Shown here: positions 1 through 6,137 of the stretch, one piece after another
Position numbering within the stretch: the first letter of the stretch is position 1
Layout: each line of letters opens with the position of its first letter
Assembly: GCA_012959465.1 (NCBI GenBank)
Contig: DUDC01000167.1
Span: 1 to 10,103, forward strand
Source: Planctomycetaceae bacterium
Lineage (GTDB): Bacteria > Planctomycetota > Planctomycetia > Pirellulales > Pirellulaceae
DNA length: 10,103 nt
Reading direction: 5' to 3'
Notes under the pieces: generated by a model
What the model was told of the DNA's origin: nothing
The model's input: only the letters and a program-made list of their open reading frames with translations
Database searches by the model: none
Position numbers and translations under genes: made by a program

Positions 1-86
1 TTGATCGTCCAATGCAAGCCTCCCAGCACCGCGACGGTTACCAGGATCAGCAGAGCGACACTGGCGACAGGTATTAATCGTCTCAT
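1..86 (-). CDS. Membrane protein, 5' partial (N-terminus in window, rest beyond left edge). Located immediately downstream of the SPFH gene.
   Basis: The reverse complement of 1-86 is open to the window edge. It reads ATG(86-84) AGA CGA TTA ATA CCT GTC..., i.e. MRRLIPVASVALLILVTVAVLGGLHWTI: a positive n-region followed by a hydrophobic helix. The ATG lies 3 nt after the TGA (92-90) that ends the SPFH gene, which suggests co-transcription. Too little sequence is present to assign a family. An NfeD-like partner would be a guess only. Confidence 0.45.
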   Translation of the reverse strand, partial: MRRLIPVASVALLILVTVAVLGGLHWTI

Positions 87-89
87 TGT

Positions 90-1691
90 TCAGTCTCCGG
101 CTTTCTCGTTCGAACTATCATCTGTTTGTCGCGCCTCGTGGGAGAAGTTCCTGAACATTTCCATGAGCGGCGAGTCAGCAGTGTTGGTCATGATGCTGCG
201 AAATCCTGGCGCTAGCTTCTGAAAGAGTACGTACCGTGCATAGGCCTTGCCGTCACCATCTAACGCCTTGACGGCCGTTTGCCAACCCGCTGCTTCCGCT
301 TTGTTTTTCAAGCGAATCTCGATCGCCTCGGCCTCCAGCCCAAGCGTGATGGCTGCGGCCCGATCCTCGGCGGCATCCTTGGCCAGCTCGGCCACGTTCT
401 TGTCTCGTTCGGCACCTGCCATGGCGACGTCTTGCTTCTTACTCGCCTCGGTTACCAGCTTGACCACTTCACGCTGCGCTTCCACAAGCCGTTGTTTTTG
501 CAGGATGGTGGCTTTCGCCTCAGCAAGGAGCGCTTCTTCTTTTTGCTGAGACTGTTCTTCTTTGTACTGTTCCAATTGTTGACCGGCGACCTCTCGCATC
601 CGCACAGCTAACAGAATCGCCTCCGGTGGCTTGATCTTGGTGATCAGCGAATGCACGATTTCGATTCCCTGATCCTCACACGTTTTTTTCAATTCCTCTT
701 GGAAGGCGTTTTGAAATTCGATTCGGGCGGCGCCGATGAAATCTTTGCCGAGTGAGTCGGATCCCTTCAAGCGGCAGAAGGCGCGGGCATTTGGCATGAT
801 CACTTTGCGGATGATCTCTTTGTCAATGGCTCGTGAAATGCCCTCGTCGTTGGTATCCTCGTTGTAGGTGACGTAGACCGTGGCCGCACTTTCCGGTTTC
901 ACACGGAACTCTACGATTCCATCCAGCGAGACCCAGAAGCCATCCTTGCTCGGAAAGCCCATGTCGTCGCCTTCGGCGAGGTTGAATCGTTGGCTGCGAC
1001 AATCGATTGCTTCGATTCGGTTCATGTACGGGTTCCAATAGTACGTGCCAGCATCCAACGTTTCTTCCTGGACACCGCGCTTTCCCTCAGCGACAAGCAG
1101 TGTGTTTGTCTCCTCGATGGGGATCGGACCCGCCAAATTGGTGACGACACCCCTGTATCCACCCGAGATCGTGATTGGGTCGTGCAGTTCAATGATCTCC
1201 AGATAGTCTCCACGAGGACGAGTGTACTCCTGGCCCTTGATCACGCCGTTGATCGCATATCGCCCCGGTTTTAGCACTTCCTCGACGATTCCTTTTTGAT
1301 TTTCGGTGGTGGCCACGAAGTGGCCGTACGGCAGGTCGTCGCCGTACAGTCGCACGCGTACTCCCATCTTGCCAACCGGGATGTCGATCATCTCATAGAT
1401 ATCCCAATCCCAGCGGTACGGATTGTAAAAGTACCGCCCTTCATTCAAGACCTCTTTCTGCAGGCCTTTGTGGTTCTCGTCGGGAGCCAGTTCCTGGTCG
1501 TTGGTGATGTTGATTCCCGTCTTGCGGGTCAACACCGCCAAGTGCATCGCCGGCACGTCAATGCGACAATTGGTATAGATGGCGATCGGCGCGACCACGA
1601 ATGCTATCCCAGCGACTCCTAGGACCGCTTGAACGAGCCAACGCGGTAACCTGCGTCGCATCCGAATAGCATTTGGTTCAGATTGGGGCAT
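90..1691 (-). CDS. SPFH/band-7 family membrane protein, flotillin/YqiK-like. Architecture: N-terminal TM anchor, then repeated beta-modules, then SPFH core, then a long Ala/Glu/Lys-rich coiled coil.
   Basis: 533-aa ORF. The N-terminus is RMRRRLPRWLVQAVLGVAGIAFVVAPIAIY, a signal-anchor. The SPFH-like core reads ...FPSKDGFWVSLDGIVEFRVKPESAATVYVTYNED...IRKVIMPNARAFCRLKGSDSLGKDFIGAARIEFQNAFQEELKK...GIEIVHSLITKIKPPEAILLAVRMRE. An EA-rich heptad-like tail follows: AEAKATILQKQRLVEAQREVVKLVTEASKK...AAAITLGLEAEAIEIRLKNKAEAAG. This combination is typical of flotillin-like band-7 proteins. The start could instead be the in-frame ATG 30 nt downstream (MRRRLP...). Confidence 0.9.
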   Translation of the reverse strand: MPQSEPNAIRMRRRLPRWLVQAVLGVAGIAFVVAPIAIYTNCRIDVPAMHLAVLTRKTGINITNDQELAPDENHKGLQKEVLNEGRYFYNPYRWDWDIYEMIDIPVGKMGVRVRLYGDDLPYGHFVATTENQKGIVEEVLKPGRYAINGVIKGQEYTRPRGDYLEIIELHDPITISGGYRGVVTNLAGPIPIEETNTLLVAEGKRGVQEETLDAGTYYWNPYMNRIEAIDCRSQRFNLAEGDDMGFPSKDGFWVSLDGIVEFRVKPESAATVYVTYNEDTNDEGISRAIDKEIIRKVIMPNARAFCRLKGSDSLGKDFIGAARIEFQNAFQEELKKTCEDQGIEIVHSLITKIKPPEAILLAVRMREVAGQQLEQYKEEQSQQKEEALLAEAKATILQKQRLVEAQREVVKLVTEASKKQDVAMAGAERDKNVAELAKDAAEDRAAAITLGLEAEAIEIRLKNKAEAAGWQTAVKALDGDGKAYARYVLFQKLAPGFRSIMTNTADSPLMEMFRNFSHEARQTDDSSNEKAGD

Positions 1692-1735
1692 GTGCAGACT
1701 CTCTTCGTTGGAAACCAGTAAAACTGGGGCATGTG
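1684..1735. repeat. Exact 11-bp direct repeat TGGGGCATGTG, two copies 41 bp apart, in the divergent promoter region. Copy 1 overlaps the SPFH start codon.
   Basis: Copy 1 is at 1684-1694 and includes CAT 1689-1691, which is the minus-strand ATG of the SPFH gene. Copy 2 is at 1725-1735. Copy 2 runs into the near-palindrome CATGTGTACATG (core TGTACA at 1734-1739). An exact 11-mer repeated within 50 bp of intergenic DNA is unlikely by chance. Confidence 0.4.
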
Positions 1736-2051
1736 TACATGGTGATTCGTCTTACCCTCCGGTGATCTTCACCATTGAGGCAAAGAAAACGGGAGATTTT
1801 GGTTGTAACGATTGTTTGGCGATATGCCACAAACACGTCACATAGTCTCAGGCGGAGAAGCGACAGCAACGAGGCGCGAAGAAACCAAAAGAACAAGATC
1901 CCTCGATTTTTTCAGGGCCGAACGAATGAAGGAGGTTGATAGCGCCAGCATCCAGCTGCCGTCTCTTCAACCGGTGTGATCGATTGGTTACCATAGCGAG
2001 GTCTGCAACTTAACCGCCAAATAACTTGCCCGTTCTAAGGACACATTCGTC

Positions 2052-2846
2052 ATGCTTCACAATTCAGTTCAGTGTCGTCTCGTTCACCTTGTCTGTGCCT
2101 CGGTCGTCTGTTTGGTGATGGCGTGCACAACCGAATCGGACGTTGACACCACTGCGAATCAAGCGGGTACTGGTGCGGAAACAGATGAAAACGATGCAGA
2201 CGACGTCACTAGCGGGACGGGGGCGCTGCGGCACGCCGTGTTCTTTTCGTTTTTGGAATCGTCAACCGATGAGGACATCCAGGGAGTCGTGGACGCGTTC
2301 GTGGCTCTGCCTCAAAAAGTCGAAACGATCACCGATTTTGCCTGGGGGACCAACAGCAGCCCGCAGAAATTCGATGACGGCTTCACGCACTGTTTCCTGC
2401 TCACGTTCGCCGATGTCGCGGGTCGCAAAGCCTACCTCCCGCACACGGCGCACAAGGCTTTCGGAGACGTCTTGAGACCTCACATGAAAGATGTGTTCGT
2501 TATTGACTACTGGGGAGATCCCACACAAAACGACCCGACGAATGCACTAAAGCACGCCGTGTTCTTCAAATTTAAGGACGATGCTGCTCCGGGTGACGTT
2601 GAGAAAGCCGAGCAGGCTTTTGCGGCGCTTCCTGGGAAAATCGACACGATCAAAGCCTTTGAGTGGGGAGCAAATAACAGTCCCGAAACAAACGACGACG
2701 GATTCACTCACTGTTTCATGGTGACGTTCGAGAATGAAGAGGGACGCGAGATCTACACCCCGCACGCCGCTCACCTCGCCCTGATCGAAGTACTCGATCC
2801 GGTCTTGGACAAACTTCGTGTCCTGGACTTTGTCGTACAGGAGTGA
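2052..2846 (+). CDS. Secreted/lipoprotein-like protein with two tandem Dabb (stress-responsive dimeric alpha/beta-barrel, PF07876-like) domains.
   Basis: 264-aa ORF. AAGGA at 2037-2041 sits 10 nt upstream of the ATG. The N-terminus MLHNSVQCRLVHLVCASVVCLVMAC|TTESD is a hydrophobic signal with a possible lipobox (VMAC). An acidic linker follows (DVDTTANQAGTGAETDENDADD). Then come two homologous roughly 95-aa units. Unit 1: LRHAVFFSF..., DEDIQGVVDAFVALPQKVETITDFAWGTNSS, DGFTHCFLLTF, YLPHTAHKAF. Unit 2: LKHAVFFKF..., VEKAEQAFAALPGKIDTIKAFEWGANNS, DGFTHCFMVTF, YTPHAAHLAL. The second unit runs to the stop, so the end is secure. Confidence 0.85.
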   Translation: MLHNSVQCRLVHLVCASVVCLVMACTTESDVDTTANQAGTGAETDENDADDVTSGTGALRHAVFFSFLESSTDEDIQGVVDAFVALPQKVETITDFAWGTNSSPQKFDDGFTHCFLLTFADVAGRKAYLPHTAHKAFGDVLRPHMKDVFVIDYWGDPTQNDPTNALKHAVFFKFKDDAAPGDVEKAEQAFAALPGKIDTIKAFEWGANNSPETNDDGFTHCFMVTFENEEGREIYTPHAAHLALIEVLDPVLDKLRVLDFVVQE

Positions 2847-2854
2847 AATGCAAG

Positions 2855-2870
2855 TTGTGTGGCCACACAA
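2855..2870. other. Perfect 16-bp palindrome TTGTGTGG/CCACACAA, 9 bp after the Dabb stop. It is followed by a tandem ACCGAACA x2 (2873-2888) in a C/A-rich, G-poor tract.
   Basis: Read directly from the sequence. It can fold as a 6-bp stem with a GGCC loop, but no U-run follows. It is therefore not a canonical intrinsic terminator. It could be a protein-binding palindrome or part of a Rho-dependent (C-rich) termination region. Confidence 0.25.
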
Positions 2871-3023
2871 ACACCGAACAACCGAACAAGAAACCACGTA
2901 TAGATGCGCGCCTTTGTGTTTTAGTGTGAGAACATGATCTGTGCTCATACAAAGACACAAAGCACGGAGTGCCGCTTCGCTGAGCATCTGTACGTTCCTG
3001 GGCGGCCCGACGTGAGGTGAGTG

Positions 3024-3032
3024 TGGTACAAT
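3024..3032 (+). promoter_or_regulatory. Candidate extended -10 element TGGTACAAT (TGn + TACAAT), about 110 nt upstream of the cluster's first gene.
   Basis: TGGTACAAT is at 3024-3032. No convincing -35 (TTGACA-like) sits 17 bp upstream; the sequence there is GGCCCG. Sigma-70-type consensus may not apply in this lineage. Purely sequence-pattern based. Confidence 0.15.
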
Positions 3033-3144
3033 GAAGCCCGCGAGCTCGGTAAATCTCCCCTCCTGGGACTAAATCGGCGAGCCTAAGAGGGGTGGAACGG
3101 GCGAAGAATCGAGCACAAGACACTGGAAAGGGCACCAGGTGCGC

Positions 3145-4686
3145 ATGTTCCGACGATTGCCATTATTCCGACGATTGCCATTAATGGTTGTCATTTGGTT
3201 GGGGTGGGGCTGTTGCGCTGCATTCGCACAGAACCGAGGTCAGTCTGATCAGTCTTTCCGTGAGTTCCCAGCAGAGCAGGTATTGGGACCGCACGAACTG
3301 AAAGCCCTTCTCGACCGCGTGCAGCTTGAACGGGCGCAGACGCGTGTGGCCAACATGCTGCCGCAAGAGTTGGCCGATGCGCTCCGCAACGAGATGATCG
3401 GGAACCTCTCCGAAGAGACACGCAAAAAAATCGCCCGAATCGCCCGCGACGTTACCAACCGCCGAGGTGTGCCGCGTAATTCTGAGGAGACTGCGGCGAT
3501 GATCGAGGAAGTGCGAGATCGTCTTCGCACCGAGATGCCTGAAGTGTGGAACGAGTTGTCCGTTGCCACTGAACGTAATCGTGAAGTTACCCGGCGTATC
3601 GGCGACATGATCTCCGACGGGAACCGGGGCAACACAACTATACGTCTTGGCCCGTCTAATCCACTGACGCCGGACGGAGCGAATGCGGTAGACAAACTGC
3701 TCAGTGACTTGTTGCAACGTGAACGGAATCAGCGCAATGGCGGCCCTGGTGCATTTGACACGGGCCCCCAGCGCCTCCCGAACTATCTCATCGAACAGTT
3801 GAACCGAGAGCGTCAGCGATCCAATCAACCGCGTCGGGACGGCCGTTCAAACCAAAATGAATCGAGCATGTCCGCTGGCGTTCCGAACCGACCGAGAGAT
3901 GATAGTGGCCAAAGAACGGCGGAGTCATCGCCAGAAGCGCCGACGATGCAGCAAGGCACTGGTCGCAGCATGGCCGAGCGATTCAATCGGATGGTGCAAG
4001 AGGTGACTGAACGGGCCGCGGCAGAAAGGGATGATGGCCGGACAGGCCGAGGCAGCGTAGGTGGTTTGCAGCCATATCTCGATCGACTTTCCACGTCGCT
4101 GCAGTCATCCATCAACGATTCAGTGCAGAGGAGCGTCGATCGACGGAGTAGGCGGTCATCAGACCGAGAGAACGGTCGCAGCAACTCGCCTGATTTGCTG
4201 TTTTCTCCCCGCGACATGGGGCAACCAACACCACCCCCTGCGGAGAGAGGTCAGATCGCCGTACCGTTGTTTCTGTTGGTGTTCCTACTGTTGGTTCTTG
4301 CGACGCTGCGATTCCGAAAATCCATCGTCGAGGGAGTGGAACGCTTCCTACCTGTGGGACCGCGAGAGGGCCGACCAGAGGATCTTCCAATTCACGGTTG
4401 TGACGACATCATTCAGGCGCTGGATCGGCTTGTCTTGTGCTATTACGACGAAGAGGCTGCTCGTTGGAATCACTCCGAAATGCAAGCCGCTTTGGAAGTG
4501 TCTCAGCCTGGTTTGCGGAACGACATTCAACACTTGATCGCAGCCTACAAGACCGCTCGATATGCTCCACAAAAAGCCGTCGACGCGATTCAACTTGACC
4601 GAGCCGAGCATCTGTTGCATCGTTTAGTTCACATGATGTCGAACCTACCCTCGCCCATGTCGAACCCTCGCGAGTTGACGACATGA
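3145..4686 (+). CDS. Bitopic membrane protein. Architecture: signal peptide, helical extracytoplasmic domain, roughly 230-aa disordered R/N/S/E/Q-rich region, TM helix, C-terminal cytoplasmic DUF4129-like domain.
   Basis: The track ORF is 3139-4686; GTG 3139 and ATG 3145 are both possible starts. The signal peptide has an AFA|Q SPase-I site. A TM helix IAVPLFLLVFLLLVLATLRF is encoded around 4252-4317. The C-terminal approximately 120 aa read DLPIHGCDDIIQALDRLVLCYYDEEAARWNHSEMQAALEVSQPGLRNDIQHLIAAYKTARYAPQKAVDAIQLDRAEHLL. From memory this matches the DUF4129 pattern (...TP-E... then ...L..Y..ARYgg...). The stop TGA 4684-4686 overlaps the next gene's ATG (ATGATG at 4683-4688). Confidence 0.75.
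   Translation: MFRRLPLFRRLPLMVVIWLGWGCCAAFAQNRGQSDQSFREFPAEQVLGPHELKALLDRVQLERAQTRVANMLPQELADALRNEMIGNLSEETRKKIARIARDVTNRRGVPRNSEETAAMIEEVRDRLRTEMPEVWNELSVATERNREVTRRIGDMISDGNRGNTTIRLGPSNPLTPDGANAVDKLLSDLLQRERNQRNGGPGAFDTGPQRLPNYLIEQLNRERQRSNQPRRDGRSNQNESSMSAGVPNRPRDDSGQRTAESSPEAPTMQQGTGRSMAERFNRMVQEVTERAAAERDDGRTGRGSVGGLQPYLDRLSTSLQSSINDSVQRSVDRRSRRSSDRENGRSNSPDLLFSPRDMGQPTPPPAERGQIAVPLFLLVFLLLVLATLRFRKSIVEGVERFLPVGPREGRPEDLPIHGCDDIIQALDRLVLCYYDEEAARWNHSEMQAALEVSQPGLRNDIQHLIAAYKTARYAPQKAVDAIQLDRAEHLLHRLVHMMSNLPSPMSNPRELTT
3148..3183 (+). repeat. Perfect 18-bp tandem duplication (TTCCGACGATTGCCATTA x2) inside the signal-peptide coding region of the first cluster gene.
   Basis: 3148-3165 and 3166-3183 are identical. 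In frame this encodes FRRLPL-FRRLPL in the n-region of the signal peptide (MFRRLPLFRRLPLMVVIWLGWGCCAAFA|QN). An ATG at 3184, just after the repeat, would give an alternative MVVIWLG... start. Confidence 0.95.
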
Positions 4687-6080
4687 TGCGTTGCCGGGCG
4701 GAGTATCCGCAACGGGCGTTGCTTGCCTCACTCACGCTGCTGCTGGGCATCGCCGGTCCATCGTCGTATTGCTGTTCACAGGACGAGATTAGTCAGTCGG
4801 AGTGGAAACGCGGTTTCCACGGTTTCGCTATGCTGTGCCGGGCCGAGGGAATGGCCGTCGTAACGAACCTGGCGTATTTGGATCAGCCACGCCAGGATGA
4901 TCTGTTGGTAGTCGTATTTGGTGGAACTCCAGGACTAAGACTTGAACTGCAAACCATCCTGGACCGGGGCGGGGCAATTCTGTTCGCGGCCGACGACGGT
5001 CGGACAAGTCGGCAATTGACGTCAAGCCTCGGAATAAACTTGGAGCGAGGTCCGCTCCAGGTGACGAGTCCTAATTCTTGGTACGGTGAATTTTCCGATT
5101 GTTTTCGAGTTGTGGCGATCGATACCACGCACCCGGTCACCAAAGGAGTTGGCGAGATTGTGGCGAATCGTGCCGGATATCTCCTCAACCGTCGCCGAGC
5201 TAGCTTGTTAATCCCGGTCGGTCGCTGGAGAACATTGGCGAATTCTCCATTGGGGCGCATCCGTGGCAGAAACGCCGGGACATCGGAGTTCATGGCTGCC
5301 ATTGTCACTTCAAAGAAGGGTCGAGGGTTGGCAATCGCCGATCATTCGGTCTTCACGAACCAAATGTTGGCGTGCGGCGACAACGCCCGCCTGGCAGCCC
5401 AAGCCGTTGCCTGGCTGGCCGAGGGTCAGCGCGATAAAGTCATCATATTGATCGACAGCGGAATCGCCTCGCCGGACGATCCGACCCTAGTCGATATCAA
5501 TATCCCGCCTCCCACACCGCAACAAGTTAGAGACGCGTTGGCTAGCCTACCGCCAGATGTTTTTCGCGCCGTCGTCAATGACGTGACTGCCGTTGTCGAA
5601 GACGAGGGGATTCTGGATGACGTGGTCGGGGAGTTTTTTCGAAAGCTCCCTCGTTTTCTCTACAACCGGATCGTCATCCTTACACTCAGCTTTGGATTGG
5701 GCGTCTTTGCTTTCGCCTTCGCTGTTACGTCTCGAGGAAAGACCGATCTGACGGCCGACGGAGACGAAGTTCCTGGTGCCAAGAGTCGCCGAGTCGTCAA
5801 TCGCGTCGAGCGTCATGGTGTCGCGATGCAGATGCTGGACCGGTTTCGAGTGGACGTGACGGGACGTTCAGCGTCCTCGTGGAACGAATTCGTCGCTTCG
5901 ATCCACGTGATCGGCAGTCCAATTGAGGAAGCCCACTTGCGGCGGGCTTTGGAATCGTATCGCAAGCGAAGGCCATCGTTTTGGACAAGAGCCCGACTTG
6001 AGGAGCTAAAATCTCAATTGGACCATTGGCGACTCTTGCTGCAAAGTGGTGCATTGGAATACGATCGACTTGAAAACTAA
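4683..6080 (+). CDS. DUF4350 (GldG-like, class-I glutamine-amidotransferase-like fold) membrane protein. It has an N-terminal signal/anchor, a C-terminal TM helix and an approximately 125-aa cytoplasmic tail.
   Basis: The N-terminus MMRCRAEYPQRALLASLTLLLGIAGPSS is hydrophobic. The core reads DDLLVVVFGGTPGLRLELQTILDRGGAILFAADDGRTSRQLTSSLGINLERGP ... AIVTSKKGRGLAIADHSVFTNQMLACGDNARLAAQAVAWLAEG. This follows the DUF4350/GldG pattern as I recall it (vLvi.gp ... GGrLlvlad ... gkGrvvv.gD..f.tN..l...dNa.lalnl.nWL). A C-terminal TM (IVILTLSFGLGVFAFAFAV) is followed by a charged tail. The start is coupled to the preceding stop. Confidence 0.8.
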   Translation: MMRCRAEYPQRALLASLTLLLGIAGPSSYCCSQDEISQSEWKRGFHGFAMLCRAEGMAVVTNLAYLDQPRQDDLLVVVFGGTPGLRLELQTILDRGGAILFAADDGRTSRQLTSSLGINLERGPLQVTSPNSWYGEFSDCFRVVAIDTTHPVTKGVGEIVANRAGYLLNRRRASLLIPVGRWRTLANSPLGRIRGRNAGTSEFMAAIVTSKKGRGLAIADHSVFTNQMLACGDNARLAAQAVAWLAEGQRDKVIILIDSGIASPDDPTLVDINIPPPTPQQVRDALASLPPDVFRAVVNDVTAVVEDEGILDDVVGEFFRKLPRFLYNRIVILTLSFGLGVFAFAFAVTSRGKTDLTADGDEVPGAKSRRVVNRVERHGVAMQMLDRFRVDVTGRSASSWNEFVASIHVIGSPIEEAHLRRALESYRKRRPSFWTRARLEELKSQLDHWRLLLQSGALEYDRLEN

Positions 6081-6137
6081 TTGTGAATTCCTCACTGAAT
6101 CAGACCATCATTCAACCTGAACAACGTTCAATCGGAA

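Noticed and set aside
1-222. Plus-strand 73-aa ORF at the left edge (MIVQCKPPS...)
   Set aside because: It starts at TTG and its composition is not protein-like. It overlaps the convincing minus-strand membrane-protein start and the SPFH 3' end. Most likely an antisense artefact.
247-1622. Plus-strand ORFs 247-549, 279-611, 990-1274 and 1296-1622 antisense to the SPFH gene
   Set aside because: They are Ala/Ser/Arg-rich and low-complexity. They lie entirely inside a 533-aa ORF with clear SPFH homology on the other strand. This is the typical GC-rich antisense noise.
1678-1896. Minus-strand 72-aa ORF spanning the SPFH start and divergent promoter
   Set aside because: It overlaps the SPFH initiation region in a different frame. 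It has no recognisable features and sits inside the regulatory intergenic region.
1926-1979. Perfect anti-SD complement AAGGAGGT (1929-1936) with a 17-codon ORF (ATG 1926 ... TGA)
   Set aside because: The ATG precedes the SD-like sequence rather than following it. The ORF is tiny, and the encoded peptide (MKEVDSASIQLPSLQPV) has no recognisable features. Likely chance.
3057-3092. CCCCTC ... GAGGGG inverted repeat with 24-nt loop in the cluster leader
   Set aside because: The stem is only 6 bp, the loop is large and no flanking U-run is present. It is too weak to call a structured RNA element or terminator.
3181-4750. Multiple minus-strand ORFs (3181-3828, 3249-3695, 3825-4217, 4112-4390, 4348-4620, 4409-4750) opposite the DUF4129-like gene
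   Set aside because: They are nested and overlapping, Arg/Ser-rich and without domain signatures. The plus-strand gene has a signal peptide, a TM helix and a recognisable C-terminal domain, and is operonic with downstream genes.
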